Below, one piece after another: positions 21,111-31,721 of a stretch of DNA of 64,000 nucleotides. The notes beneath the pieces were generated by a model. That model searched no databases, had not been told where the DNA came from, and saw only the letters and a program-made list of their open reading frames with translations. The first letter of the stretch is position 1. Every line of letters starts with the position of its first letter. A program made the position numbers and the translations under genes. The stretch lies in assembly GCA_028704635.1 (NCBI GenBank), contig JAQWFB010000004.1:2656-66655 (forward strand), in the 5' to 3' direction. This DNA comes from Candidatus Shapirobacteria bacterium (GTDB lineage: Bacteria > Patescibacteriota > Microgenomatia > UBA12405).

Positions 21111-22124
21111 ATGAAAATTCTAATCACAGGTGGTTTAGGTTTTATTGGTTCAAATTTTATTCGTTATTGGCTTCAACAACATCCCAATGATGAGATAATT
21201 AATCTTGACAAAGTCACTTATGCAGCCAATTTCAAAAGCATGGTTGATGTCGAAAGCAACCTTAATTATAGTTTTGTTCGTGGTGACATTGGTGATGCCC
21301 AATTAGTCGATAAGATCATGGCTCAAGGAATTGAAACCATTGTCCATTTTGCTGCTGAATCTCATGTTGATCGATCTATTGATGATCCCTCTCTTTTTGT
21401 TAAAACCAATGTTTTAGGTACTTATGTTTTATTAAATGCTGCCGCTAAATACGGCGTTAAAAGATTTCATCATATCTCCACTGACGAGGTTTTCGGTTCC
21501 ATCGACTTTGGTTCTAAAAAACAATTTAGCGAAAACACGCCTTACGATCCATCTAGTCCATACTCTGCCTCAAAAGCCTCATCTGACCATTTAGTCCGAT
21601 CTTTTTATAAAACTTTTGGCTTACCCATCACTATCAGCAACTGTTCTAATAATTATGGTCCTTATCAACATCCCGAAAAAATGATTCCTCGGTCCATCAC
21701 CAATCTTTTAACCGGTCAAAAAATTAAAGTCTATGGTAAAGGTTTAAATTTCCGCGATTGGCTTCATGTTGAAGATCATTGTTCCGCCATTGAGGCCATC
21801 TTATTAAAAGGAAAAATCGGTGAAACTTATTGCGTTGGCGGTCTTAAAAAAGGTACTAGCAATATCGATCTAGTTAAAACCATTTTAGAGATAATGGGCA
21901 AAACCGAAAAAGATATTGAATATGTTGCCGATCGTCCTGCCCACGACAATTATGCCGTCAGTTGGGACAAAATTAGTAAAGAATTAGGTTGGAAACCAAA
22001 ATATGATTTAGAATCAGGCCTAGAACAAACCATTAAATGGTACACCGAAAATCAAGATTGGTATCAAGATACTAAACGTGAAGCTGAAGAATTTTATATT
22101 AAATTAAACAAAATTAAAAAATAA
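21111..22124 (+). CDS. rfbB: dTDP-glucose 4,6-dehydratase
   Basis: MKILITGGLGFIGSNF Rossmann; SDR extended family; YSASKASSDHL catalytic YxxxK. Confidence 0.9.
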   Translation: MKILITGGLGFIGSNFIRYWLQQHPNDEIINLDKVTYAANFKSMVDVESNLNYSFVRGDIGDAQLVDKIMAQGIETIVHFAAESHVDRSIDDPSLFVKTNVLGTYVLLNAAAKYGVKRFHHISTDEVFGSIDFGSKKQFSENTPYDPSSPYSASKASSDHLVRSFYKTFGLPITISNCSNNYGPYQHPEKMIPRSITNLLTGQKIKVYGKGLNFRDWLHVEDHCSAIEAILLKGKIGETYCVGGLKKGTSNIDLVKTILEIMGKTEKDIEYVADRPAHDNYAVSWDKISKELGWKPKYDLESGLEQTIKWYTENQDWYQDTKREAEEFYIKLNKIKK

Positions 22125-22681
22125 TGCCAAATTTTCTCAAAACCAAAATCGAAGGCCTGGCTATTATTGAACCCTCCGTTTTTCCCGACGACCGTGGTTT
22201 TTTTATGGAAAGCTACAATCAAAAAGTTTTTGTTGAGAATGGCATTGATGTCAACTTTATTCAAGACAATCACTCTCGGTCCACCAAAGGCGTCTTGCGT
22301 GGACTTCATTTTCAAAAACCACCTTTTGCTCAAGATAAACTAGTTCGTTGCACCCGAGGTGAAGTTTTAGATGTCGCTGTTGATATTCGTAAAGATTCCC
22401 CAACCTTCGGCCAATACGAAGCTGTGCTTTTAACTGAAGAAAATAAAAAAATGTTTTTTATTCCCAAAGGTTTTGCTCATGCCTTTTTAGTTCTTTCTGA
22501 GGTTGCTGATTTTCAATATAAATGCAGTGAATTTTATAATAAAGAATCAGAAGGCGGCCTTCTATGGAACGATCCAGAAATTAATATTGATTGGCCCAAA
22601 TTAGATGTCGAGTTAATTTTATCTGAAAAAGACAAACTCTGGCCAAAATTAGAAGAAATTAAAAATAATCCTATTTTTTAA
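22124..22681 (+). CDS. rfbC: dTDP-4-dehydrorhamnose 3,5-epimerase
   Basis: RmlC cupin motifs (GVLRGLHFQ, GEVLDVAVDIRKDSPTFGQ). Confidence 0.85.
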   Translation: MPNFLKTKIEGLAIIEPSVFPDDRGFFMESYNQKVFVENGIDVNFIQDNHSRSTKGVLRGLHFQKPPFAQDKLVRCTRGEVLDVAVDIRKDSPTFGQYEAVLLTEENKKMFFIPKGFAHAFLVLSEVADFQYKCSEFYNKESEGGLLWNDPEINIDWPKLDVELILSEKDKLWPKLEEIKNNPIF

Positions 22682-22683
22682 AT

Positions 22684-23580
22684 ATGCAAAAAATCATTGG
22701 CACCGGCTTATCCGGTTTAGTTGGCAGTCGTATTGTTGAATTATTAAAAGACAAATTTGAATTTGTCGATTTTTCTCTCGACAGTGGTGTTAATCTTTTA
22801 GATCAACAAAGTCTAGCTGATGCTTTCGAAAAAAATAAAGATGCCGTTGCTGTTTTACATATGGCTGCTTTCACCGACACTAATGCTGCTTGGGAGCAAA
22901 AAGGGGACAAGTCTGGAATTTGTTATCAACTCAATGTTGAAGGCACCAGAAGTATTTTAAATTTAGCCCAAAAATACAATCAATATTTAATTTATATTTC
23001 CACCGATTTTGTATTTGATGGTACCAAGACCACTCCTTATCTTGAAACCGACACTCCCAATCCCATTGAATGGTACGGCGAAACCAAATATCTTGGTGAA
23101 AAAGTAATTACGGATTCTGGTTATACCAACTATAATATCTCCCGTATTACTTACCCCTATCGTGCTGAATACGACAAAAAAATTGATATTATTCGCAAAG
23201 TTTTGACAAAGCTTCAAAATAACGAACCAGTCAAAATGTTTTCTGATCAAATTTGTACTTATACTTTTATTGATGATATCGCCCAAGCTTTAGAATATTT
23301 TCTAGAAAACAAAACTACTGGAATCTATCATTTAGTCGGTTCTTCCTCTCACTCCCCTTATGAAATGTGCCTAGAAATCGCTAAAGCTTTCAATTTAAAT
23401 AAAGATTTAATTTCTGCCAGCAGTTTAGAAGAATATCTAAAATCGCAACCAGTTGGCAGTCGCCCTTGGCAAAAAACCTTAATCACTTCCAATCAAAAAG
23501 CCACCAACATTGGACTAAAATTCAAAACTCTACCAGAAGGCTTAGAAGAAATTAAAAAACAAATAAACTATGGAAAATAG
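22684..23580 (+). CDS. rfbD: dTDP-4-dehydrorhamnose reductase
   Basis: RmlD-like: N-terminal Rossmann motif, ISTDFVFDG motif. Confidence 0.75.
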   Translation: MQKIIGTGLSGLVGSRIVELLKDKFEFVDFSLDSGVNLLDQQSLADAFEKNKDAVAVLHMAAFTDTNAAWEQKGDKSGICYQLNVEGTRSILNLAQKYNQYLIYISTDFVFDGTKTTPYLETDTPNPIEWYGETKYLGEKVITDSGYTNYNISRITYPYRAEYDKKIDIIRKVLTKLQNNEPVKMFSDQICTYTFIDDIAQALEYFLENKTTGIYHLVGSSSHSPYEMCLEIAKAFNLNKDLISASSLEEYLKSQPVGSRPWQKTLITSNQKATNIGLKFKTLPEGLEEIKKQINYGK

Positions 23581-24319
23581 TGGAGAATTTAGTCCACAAA
23601 TTCCTAGAGAAATTTTATCCAACAAACAAGATAAGTGGCTAAATTTATTAGGAGAAGATACTCGAAAGAGGGGCTATGAATCAATGGGTGGAAACACAGA
23701 ATCTATTTATGAACCGAAACCCCGTAGTTTAGTCGACAAAAATGGTTTTTCTTGTGTCAGTTCAGATTATTTTAAAGAAACTTTGATTACTCCTATTCGC
23801 GAAAAAAAATCAACCGAAATGGTTGTTCCTTTAAATAAAATAATTGCCCTAGACACCACCGAAAAACCTGGAAGGATGAATAATAATTCTACTCGTTTAC
23901 CTTGGGAAATAGATAGCCACACCAGTGTGGAAGAATTTAGAAGACTAATTAAAGAAAATAAATTTGATTTCAATGATGCTAGCGGCCTTTATGGTTTAGA
24001 ATTACCAGGTGGTTATTTTTTAGCTACAGGTGGTCGACATCGATTAACCGCTATGTTTTTAGAAAATGTTTCAGAAGTCAAACTTCAAGTAAATAAAATT
24101 AAAGATCCAAAAGAATTTGAATTTACCGAACATTATCATGAACACGATATACAAGAAGGCTTAAATAATGGAAAGATTAAAGGAAAAATCGAAGAAAATT
24201 CAGATCATTCCAAAAAATTAGTTCTAGAAGAACCCTTAAAGAATCCACTTCAACTTTTTGATTATCGGGTTTCAGATGAATTACTTGATGTTTTGGCTCA
24301 AACTTTATCTACCAGTTAA
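23570..24319 (+). CDS. Hypothetical protein, possible ParB/sulfiredoxin-fold domain
   Basis: VVPLNKIIAL ... LATGGRHRLTAMFLENVSEVKLQV resembles the ParB-N/Srx GxxHRxxA motif. Overlaps the rfbD 3' end by 11 nt, so co-transcribed. Confidence 0.3.
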   Translation: MENSGEFSPQIPREILSNKQDKWLNLLGEDTRKRGYESMGGNTESIYEPKPRSLVDKNGFSCVSSDYFKETLITPIREKKSTEMVVPLNKIIALDTTEKPGRMNNNSTRLPWEIDSHTSVEEFRRLIKENKFDFNDASGLYGLELPGGYFLATGGRHRLTAMFLENVSEVKLQVNKIKDPKEFEFTEHYHEHDIQEGLNNGKIKGKIEENSDHSKKLVLEEPLKNPLQLFDYRVSDELLDVLAQTLSTS

Positions 24320-25513
24320 GTCTTTTTCAATCATTTTTACCAACTTTCTTGCCTCTTTTACTGCAAAATTAATTCCCCTGTCTTCCGGGTAAATCTGAGC
24401 AAAATTTAACCGATATGTTTTTTCTCCCACTTTATAACTTGGAACTTTATATTTTCGACCGACTATATGTTGGGCGTTTTTAAATTTAAAAATCTTTTTC
24501 TCTAAAACCTGTTTTTCGTCAAATTCCGGTTTAATTTTTTTTAAATAATCAAACCATTCTCTTTCAATTTTTTCATCAGAAATCTTAAAATATTCATGGT
24601 CTTGTGGCACATAGGTTCCCAAATAATAAATATTTTTTCCATTATATCCGCCATTTTTTAATAAATTATTATGTTGCACCATCACCAAAAAAGGGGATTT
24701 TAAATCATTAATATTATGCCAATAATATTCACTAAGACTCTGATTTGAAGAAAAAACCAAATCCACCGCTCCAATATAATCAATATTTTTAATCGGTCGA
24801 GTATCAATCACCAAGTCAAACTTTTTTTCTAATTCTTTTATATTGACAATTTCTTTATTAATAATTTTTACTTTTTCTTTTAATTTATTAATAATTTGAA
24901 TAAAACCATCGTCAAGGTACCCCAACACCTCTTCTCCTTTTTCATTAGTCGATCCACCCCGAGTATGAATTCTCGCCCACAACCAAGCCATGGAAACTTT
25001 TTGATAGTATTCATGGAATTTTCCTTTTAAAAGTGGTTTCCAAATTACTTCATATGCCTTTTTTCCTGCCCATTTTTCCATCCACTCTGCCGCTGTGATG
25101 TTTTCATATTTTTTCCAAGCCCCATCAAATTTGAGCCATAAATAAACCAAGCCGAGTCTAAATTTATCAATTAATCCCAATCCTCTAAATTTCAATAAAT
25201 CAATTGCGCCTAAAAATGGGTACATTTTTCCATCATAATAAAGTCCAATCGAACTTTTATGCCACTTAAGTTTGTTTTGTAGACCTAATTCCTCAATCAA
25301 ATCAATTACTTCTTTATCGGTTTTAAAAATATGATGATAAACCTTTTCCAAATTTTCTCCCTCTATTTTAAAATCCGCCAACAATCCACCAATTTCTTTT
25401 TCTTTCTCAAAAACAGTTACTTCATATCCCTTTTTAATTAACTCATATCCAACCACTAATCCGCCTATTCCACCACCAATAATCGCTATTTTTTTGTTGT
25501 TCAACTTCGCCAC
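24305..25513 (-). CDS. FAD/NAD(P)-binding oxidoreductase (amine oxidase/CrtI-like flavoprotein family)
   Basis: KKIAIIGGGIGGLVVGYELIKKGYEVTVFEKEKEIGG dinucleotide-binding motif; C-terminal YPEDRGINFAVKEARKL typical of this family. Confidence 0.55.
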   Translation of the reverse strand: MAKLNNKKIAIIGGGIGGLVVGYELIKKGYEVTVFEKEKEIGGLLADFKIEGENLEKVYHHIFKTDKEVIDLIEELGLQNKLKWHKSSIGLYYDGKMYPFLGAIDLLKFRGLGLIDKFRLGLVYLWLKFDGAWKKYENITAAEWMEKWAGKKAYEVIWKPLLKGKFHEYYQKVSMAWLWARIHTRGGSTNEKGEEVLGYLDDGFIQIINKLKEKVKIINKEIVNIKELEKKFDLVIDTRPIKNIDYIGAVDLVFSSNQSLSEYYWHNINDLKSPFLVMVQHNNLLKNGGYNGKNIYYLGTYVPQDHEYFKISDEKIEREWFDYLKKIKPEFDEKQVLEKKIFKFKNAQHIVGRKYKVPSYKVGEKTYRLNFAQIYPEDRGINFAVKEARKLVKMIEKDLTGR

Positions 25514-25585
25514 TTCTTATGGTATCATAATCCCATCCGCTGTTGCTTGAAGTGCAACAGTTTTTATTATCATTTATTATAAATA

Positions 25586-27688
25586 ATGGCTGAACAAATT
25601 AAACTTACCAAAAATCGTGATGTAACTATGGATAAAGTCCGAAACATCGGAATTATTGCCCACATCGACGGTGGAAAAACTACCACCACTGAGCGTCTTC
25701 TTTTTTATACCGGAAAAATCCACAAAATTGGTTCCGTTGATTCTGGAACCACCACTACCGATTCTATGGTTCAAGAAAAAGAGAGAGGAATTACTATTCA
25801 ATCTGCTTGTGTCACTACTTTTTGGAAAGATTATCGTTTAAATATTATCGACACTCCTGGACACGTCGATTTCACAGCTGAAGTTGAGAGATCACTTCGT
25901 GTTCTTGATGGTGCTATTATGATTTTTGATGGAAATGCCGGTGTTCAGGCACAATCTGAAACTGTTTGGCGACAAGCTGACAAATATGGCGTCCCGAGGA
26001 TAGCTTTTGTTAATAAAATGGATAAAATCGGAGCTTCCTTCCAAGGTACTCTCAATAGTATTAATGAGAAATTAAAAGCACCAATCGTTCCAGTCGTTAT
26101 TCCTGTTGGTGAGGAACATGATTTCATGGGTATCATCGATTTGATGAATATGGAAATGGTTGTCTATGATAAAGACGAAGAAGGCATGGAATTTACTCGA
26201 AAACCTGTCACTGATGAATATAAAGAAAAAGCTCTCAAGGCTCGAGCTGAAATGGTCGAAAAAATTGCCGGTGAAGACGAAGTCTTAATGGAAAAATTTT
26301 TAAACGACGAAGAAATTTCTATTCAAGAATTAAAAGCCACCTTAAGAAAAGCCACTATTGATAGAAGACTTTTCCCAGTTTATTGTGGTGCTGCTTGGAG
26401 AAACAAAGGTATTCATCCAATTCTTGATGGTATCGTCGATTATCTTCCATCCCCATTAGATCTGCCTCCAATCGAAGGTTACAACCCAGAAAACAATGAT
26501 CCCATTTTTAGAAAACCTATTAAAACAGAACCATTATCAGCTCTTCTTTTTAAAGTTCAGTCCGATCCCCATGTTGGAACTTTATCCTATGTTAGGGTAT
26601 ATTCCGGTACTTTAAAAGCTGGATCAGAAGTCTATAACACTACCAAAGGTAAAAGTGAACGCATTGGTCGTTTACTTTTAATGCATGCCGATAAAAGAGA
26701 GGGTCTTGAAGAAGGTTTTGCTGGTGAAATCGTTGCCTGTATTGGTTTGAAAGAATCTACTACCGGCGACACTCTTTGCGATTCAAATCATATTATTTCT
26801 TTGTCCCCAATTCAATTTTCTGAACCAGTTATTTCTTTATCTATCGAGCCAGCCACTGCTGATGATCAAGAAAAAATGGGTTCTGCTCTCAATCGTTTAG
26901 CTATTGAAGATCCAACTTTCAGAGTTAGTTACAACCAAGAAACAGGTCAAACCATTGTTGCTGGTATGGGTGAACTTTATCTTGAAATTATTGTTGATCG
27001 TCTTAAAAGAGAATTCGGTGTTAATGTTAAAACTGGTGCCCCTCAGGTCGCCTACCGCGAAACTATTTCTGGTCCAGCTGATGGTGAAGGTAAATACATT
27101 CACCAATCTGGTGGTCACGGTCAATATGGTCACTGTAAAATTAAAGTTGAACCAAAAGAAAGAGGTGAGGGTTATGAATTCGTCAATGCTGTCAAAGGCG
27201 GAGCTATTCCAGCTAACTTTATTCCTGCTATTGAAAAAGGTGTTAAAGAAACCCTTCAAAAGGGTATCATTGCTGGTTTCCCCGCCACCGATATTAAAGT
27301 CACTGTCTACGATGGAACTTACCATGAGGTCGATTCTTCTGAAATGGCATTCAAATTGGCTGGGTCATACGCTATTAAAGATGCTTTTGCTGCCGCAAAG
27401 CCTTTAATTATCGAACCAATCATGAAATTTGAAGTTAATATTCCATCGGAATTTTTAGGAACCGTTATAGGCGATCTTTCTTCTCGTCGTGGTCAAATCA
27501 ATGGTACTGAAGATAGTCATGGTTTTAGCACTATCCATGCCTTTGTTCCTCTTGAAGCCATTGGTGGTTATGCCACCGTTATTCGAAGCTTAACCCAAGG
27601 CCGAGGATCATTTTATATGGAACCATGTCGCTACGACCCAGTTCCTCGTGATATTCAAGAAAAACTAACCACCAAAACCAACGGTTAA
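25586..27688 (+). CDS. fusA: Elongation factor G
   Basis: RNIGIIAHIDGGKTTTTER, DTPGHVDF, full-length 700 aa. Confidence 0.95.
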   Translation: MAEQIKLTKNRDVTMDKVRNIGIIAHIDGGKTTTTERLLFYTGKIHKIGSVDSGTTTTDSMVQEKERGITIQSACVTTFWKDYRLNIIDTPGHVDFTAEVERSLRVLDGAIMIFDGNAGVQAQSETVWRQADKYGVPRIAFVNKMDKIGASFQGTLNSINEKLKAPIVPVVIPVGEEHDFMGIIDLMNMEMVVYDKDEEGMEFTRKPVTDEYKEKALKARAEMVEKIAGEDEVLMEKFLNDEEISIQELKATLRKATIDRRLFPVYCGAAWRNKGIHPILDGIVDYLPSPLDLPPIEGYNPENNDPIFRKPIKTEPLSALLFKVQSDPHVGTLSYVRVYSGTLKAGSEVYNTTKGKSERIGRLLLMHADKREGLEEGFAGEIVACIGLKESTTGDTLCDSNHIISLSPIQFSEPVISLSIEPATADDQEKMGSALNRLAIEDPTFRVSYNQETGQTIVAGMGELYLEIIVDRLKREFGVNVKTGAPQVAYRETISGPADGEGKYIHQSGGHGQYGHCKIKVEPKERGEGYEFVNAVKGGAIPANFIPAIEKGVKETLQKGIIAGFPATDIKVTVYDGTYHEVDSSEMAFKLAGSYAIKDAFAAAKPLIIEPIMKFEVNIPSEFLGTVIGDLSSRRGQINGTEDSHGFSTIHAFVPLEAIGGYATVIRSLTQGRGSFYMEPCRYDPVPRDIQEKLTTKTNG

Positions 27689-27710
27689 TTAAATTTTAAT
27701 CTTTAATTAA

Positions 27711-27738
27711 ATACCCCGCGTTGGCGGGGTATTTTTAT
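27711..27738 (+). terminator. Rho-independent terminator after fusA
   Basis: TACCCCGC-gttg-GCGGGGTA stem followed by TTTTTAT. Confidence 0.8.
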
Positions 27739-27811
27739 GCTAAAATTTTACTTAACTCTATTTTAGATAAATTTTTTCTAAAAAAGGCATTAAATTGCTC
27801 ATTTTTGTATG

Positions 27812-27840
27812 TTGCAAAGGCTCAGTCAAGCTGATACAAT
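27812..27840 (+). promoter_or_regulatory. Sigma70-like promoter for tuf and the S10 operon (TTGCAA, 17 nt spacer, TACAAT)
   Basis: TTGCAA at 27812-27817, 17-nt spacer, TACAAT at 27835-27840, ~80 nt upstream of tuf. Confidence 0.5.
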
Positions 27841-27919
27841 CTAAAAGCATTTTAATCTAAAATTATTAATTCAATTTCGTCTTAAAAGAAGACAACAAAT
27901 TAAAAAAAAGGAGAAAAAC

Positions 27920-29095
27920 ATGGCAGCAGAAACTTATAAAAGAAATAAACCACACGTTAACGTCGGTACTATTGGTCACGTCGATCATGGTAAAACTACT
28001 TTAACCGCCGCTATTTCAGCAATTCAAGGTGGTGGAAAATCTTACGCAGATATCGCTAAAGGCGGTACCGTTCGTGATGCTTCTAAAATCGTTACCATCG
28101 CTATTTCTCATATTGAATACGAAACAGAGAAAAGACATTATGCCCACATCGATTGTCCAGGACACGCTGATTATGTCAAAAACATGATCACTGGCGCCGC
28201 TCAAATGGATGGAGCCATTCTCGTCGTTTCTGCACCAGACGGTCCAATGCCACAAACTCGTGAACACGTTTTGTTAGCTAATCAAGTCAACGTTCCAAAA
28301 TTGGTCGTTTTCTTAAATAAATGTGATCTTGTTACTGATCCTGAATTCTTAGACTTAGTCGAAATGGAAGTTCGTGATTTGTTAACCAAATACGGTTTCC
28401 CAGGTGATGAAACTCCAATTATTCGAGGTTCTGCTCTTAAAGCTCTTAATGGTGAACCAGAAGGTGTTGAAGCTATTAAAAAATTAATGGATGCTCTCGA
28501 TACTTATATCGACGAACCTGTCCGTGAATTAGACCAACCTTTCTTAATGCCAATTGAAGACGTTTTCTCAATCAAAGGTCGAGGAACCGTTGCTACTGGT
28601 AGAATCGAAAAAGGTATTATCAAAGTCAACGAGGAAATTGAAATCGTTGGTTTAAGAGATACTCGAAAAGCCATCGTTACCGGTGTGGAAATGTTCCACA
28701 AATTACTTGATCAAGGTCAAGCTGGTGATAATGTCGGTTTATTGCTCCGCGGTATTGAAAAAAATGACATCGAAAGGGGTCAAGTTTTAGCTAAACCAGG
28801 TTCAATTAAACCACACACCGAATTCAAAGCCGAAGTTCTTTTACTTAAAAAAGAAGAAGGTGGACGTCACACTCCAATCTTCAGTGGTTATCGCCCACAA
28901 GTTTTCATCAGAACTACTGATGTAACCGGTGACCTTACTTTACCAGAAGGTACTGAAATGGTCATGCCAGGCGACAACACTAATGTTGTTATTAAATTAA
29001 TCAAACCTGTTGCTATGCAACCAGGCCAAAGATTTGCTATCCGTGAAGGTGGCTTAACCGTTGGTGCCGGTGCTATCACAGAAATTATTAAATAA
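27920..29095 (+). CDS. tuf: Elongation factor Tu
   Basis: [30 protein letters not shown]; SD AAAAGGAG. Confidence 0.95.
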   Translation: MAAETYKRNKPHVNVGTIGHVDHGKTTLTAAISAIQGGGKSYADIAKGGTVRDASKIVTIAISHIEYETEKRHYAHIDCPGHADYVKNMITGAAQMDGAILVVSAPDGPMPQTREHVLLANQVNVPKLVVFLNKCDLVTDPEFLDLVEMEVRDLLTKYGFPGDETPIIRGSALKALNGEPEGVEAIKKLMDALDTYIDEPVRELDQPFLMPIEDVFSIKGRGTVATGRIEKGIIKVNEEIEIVGLRDTRKAIVTGVEMFHKLLDQGQAGDNVGLLLRGIEKNDIERGQVLAKPGSIKPHTEFKAEVLLLKKEEGGRHTPIFSGYRPQVFIRTTDVTGDLTLPEGTEMVMPGDNTNVVIKLIKPVAMQPGQRFAIREGGLTVGAGAITEIIK

Positions 29096-29100
29096 AATTT

Positions 29101-29412
29101 ATGACCAAAGGTAACCACATCAGAATCCGATTAAAATCCTTCGATCATCGTATCATCGATGAAGCAGCCATTAAAATCGTCGAGACTGTGGTTACCGCTG
29201 GTGCTCAGGTACAAGGACCAATTCCTTTACCAACTGAGAAAAAAACCATTGTTGTTCTAACTAGTCCTCATACCGATAAAAACGCCCGTGAGCATTTCCA
29301 AATTCTCACTCACAAGCGTCTTATTGATATTTCGAACACCAGTCTTCGAACTGTAGACAGTCTCCAACATTTAGATTTACCATCAGGAGTGGAAATAGAA
29401 GTTAAAATGTAA
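29101..29412 (+). CDS. rpsJ: 30S ribosomal protein S10
   Basis: [21 protein letters not shown]... Confidence 0.9.
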   Translation: MTKGNHIRIRLKSFDHRIIDEAAIKIVETVVTAGAQVQGPIPLPTEKKTIVVLTSPHTDKNAREHFQILTHKRLIDISNTSLRTVDSLQHLDLPSGVEIEVKM

Positions 29413-29414
29413 TT

Positions 29415-30032
29415 ATGATTTCAGGATTTCTCGTTAAAAAAGGTCAAATGACCAGCATATTCACCGAAGACGGCAAAAGAATTGCTGTTACTAAATGTGT
29501 TGCCAAACCTTTAATTGTTACTCAAATTAAAAACCAAGAAAAAGATGGCTACCAAGCCGTCCAAGTTGCCTATGGTCAACGAAAAAGACTCGACCAATCC
29601 ACTTCTTCAAAATTAAACAAATTAAAGATTGAAGGCACTCCAAAAGGTTTTCAAGAATTCTTCTTAACTTCCGATCAAATCCCTGAAGTTGGCAGTAATA
29701 TTTCTATTGATACTATTTTTACTGTTGGCGAAAAAGTTGATATTACCGGTATTTCTAAAGGTCGTGGATTTGCTGGTGTTATCAAAAGACACGGTTTCAA
29801 AAAACAACCTCTCTTAGGTGCTTCCGATCGTGTCAGACATCCTGGTTCCATCGGTGCTCAAACTCCAGGTAAAGTTGTTCGTGGTAAAAAAATGCCAGGA
29901 CATATGGGAAATGTTAATAAAACCGTCGAAAATTTGAAAATCGTTTCTATTAATCCTGAAAATAATGAAATATTAATTAGTGGTTCTTTTCCTGGACATT
30001 TTAATTCTTGGATCACCATTACCAAAGTCTAA
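29415..30032 (+). CDS. rplC: 50S ribosomal protein L3
   Basis: GKGFAGVIKRHGF, position after rpsJ. Confidence 0.9.
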   Translation: MISGFLVKKGQMTSIFTEDGKRIAVTKCVAKPLIVTQIKNQEKDGYQAVQVAYGQRKRLDQSTSSKLNKLKIEGTPKGFQEFFLTSDQIPEVGSNISIDTIFTVGEKVDITGISKGRGFAGVIKRHGFKKQPLLGASDRVRHPGSIGAQTPGKVVRGKKMPGHMGNVNKTVENLKIVSINPENNEILISGSFPGHFNSWITITKV

Positions 30033-30034
30033 TT

Positions 30035-30670
30035 ATGAAAACTCAAATTTATAATATCAAAGCAGAAAAAGTTGGAGAAATTGCCCTACCAAAGGAAGTT
30101 TTTGATACCAAAGTTTCTGAAAAATTAGTCGCTCAAGCCATTCGTGTTTATTTAGCCAATCAAAGATCTTCGTATGCTAAAGCCAAAACCAGATCAGAAG
30201 TTGCTGGAACTCGACAAAAAGTTTGGGCTCAAAAAGGTACTGGTCGTGCTCGTCACGGTAACAAAACTGCTCCAATTTTCGTTGGTGGTGGTAGTGCTAT
30301 GGGTCCAGATGGTCAACAAAACTACAAACTTAAATTAAGCAAAAAAATGAAGGTAGTCGCCATTAACTCTGTTTTAACTAAATTTGCTCAAGATAAAAAA
30401 ATAATTATTATCGATTCTTTTAAAGAATTAACCCCAAAAACTAAAGAGGGAATTAAATTACTCACTGGACTTAAAGCCTCAGATGAAGTATTATCAAAAA
30501 GTTCAAAAGTTGGGATAATTACGCCACAAACTCTTCCAAATGTAAAAAGAGCCTTCGGAAATCTTCCTAAAACAAAACTTTTGTCCCTTAAATCTTTAAA
30601 TGTCTACAATCTCTCTAATCAAAATTTTTTGATTCTCAGTCAAGACACTTTAGATATTTTTGCTAAATAA
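30035..30670 (+). CDS. rplD: 50S ribosomal protein L4
   Basis: L4 family (KGTGRARHGN); the track ORF starts upstream inside L3, the ATG at 30035 (MKTQIYNIK) is preferred. Confidence 0.85.
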   Translation: MKTQIYNIKAEKVGEIALPKEVFDTKVSEKLVAQAIRVYLANQRSSYAKAKTRSEVAGTRQKVWAQKGTGRARHGNKTAPIFVGGGSAMGPDGQQNYKLKLSKKMKVVAINSVLTKFAQDKKIIIIDSFKELTPKTKEGIKLLTGLKASDEVLSKSSKVGIITPQTLPNVKRAFGNLPKTKLLSLKSLNVYNLSNQNFLILSQDTLDIFAK

Positions 30671-30672
30671 AT

Positions 30673-30969
30673 ATGAAAACCAATTTAATAGTTTTAAAAC
30701 CAGTTTTTACCGAAAAAACCCTGATTCAACAGGAAAAAGGTAAATATGCCTTTTGGGTCAAAAAAGATGCCACTAAAGGTCAAATTCAATCTTCTTTTGA
30801 AACTGTTTTTGGTATTAAACCACTCAGTATCAACACTGTTCTAGTAAAAGGTAAAAAGAAAACTGATTGGAAAAAAAGATTACCAATCCAAAAGCCTGAT
30901 CTTAAAAAAGCTATTATCACTGTTGATAAAAATACTAAAATTGAATTACTAAATATCAAGACCAAATAA
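30673..30969 (+). CDS. rplW: 50S ribosomal protein L23
   Basis: Size and position; EKGKYAFWVKKDATKGQI. Confidence 0.85.
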   Translation: MKTNLIVLKPVFTEKTLIQQEKGKYAFWVKKDATKGQIQSSFETVFGIKPLSINTVLVKGKKKTDWKKRLPIQKPDLKKAIITVDKNTKIELLNIKTK

Positions 30970-30971
30970 TT

Positions 30972-31718
30972 ATGACCAGAATTAGATCTTTATTAACTAT
31001 CAAGAAAAAAACCAGCGGTCGAGATGATCAAGGTCATATTTCCATTCGACATCGTGGTGGTGAACAAAAACGATTTTTAAGAGAAATTGATTGGCGACGA
31101 GATAAAATCGACATCAAAGCCAAAGTTGTTTCCATTGAATATGATCCAGGTCGAACTGCCGACATCGCTCTTTTATCCTATGAAGATGGTGCTAAATCTT
31201 TTATTTTAGCTCCTACTGGTTTAAAAGTTGGCGATATCGTTGTTTCTTCAGAAAATGCTCCTATTAAAGAGGGAAATTGTTTACCTCTTAAAAACATCCC
31301 AGTTGGCGTTCCAATTCATTGTTTATCTTTTATCCTTAACAAAGGCGCTCAAGTAGTCAAAAGTGCCGGTAATGCCGCTTATGTCCAAAGCATCGACGGC
31401 AAAAAAGCTACCATTAAATTACCATCTGGTGAAATCAGAATTTTTAATTCCGAATCAAAAGCCACCATTGGTCAGGTCGGCAATGCTGAACATTCAACTC
31501 AAAAATTAACCAAAGCTGGTCAAAAACGTCTTCGAGGTATTCGTCCCACCGTTAGAGGTGTGGCGCAAAACCCTCATTCCCATCCACACGGTGGTGGTGA
31601 AGGTCGAAGTTCTATCGGTATGCATCCAAAAACTCCATGGGGTAAACCAGCCTTCAAGAGAACCAGAAAACGTAAAAAAGCATCTAATAAATTAATTGTT
31701 CAAAGAAGAAAGAAGTAA
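30972..31718 (+). CDS. rplB: 50S ribosomal protein L2
   Basis: GRNAxG-like GRDDQGHISIRHRGGEQKR; PHGGGEGRSS. Confidence 0.95.
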   Translation: MTRIRSLLTIKKKTSGRDDQGHISIRHRGGEQKRFLREIDWRRDKIDIKAKVVSIEYDPGRTADIALLSYEDGAKSFILAPTGLKVGDIVVSSENAPIKEGNCLPLKNIPVGVPIHCLSFILNKGAQVVKSAGNAAYVQSIDGKKATIKLPSGEIRIFNSESKATIGQVGNAEHSTQKLTKAGQKRLRGIRPTVRGVAQNPHSHPHGGGEGRSSIGMHPKTPWGKPAFKRTRKRKKASNKLIVQRRKK

Positions 31719-31721
31719 TCT

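Noticed and set aside
26897-27407. ORFs 26897-27325 (-) and 26904-27407 (+) inside fusA
   Set aside because: Embedded in EF-G coding sequence; spurious.
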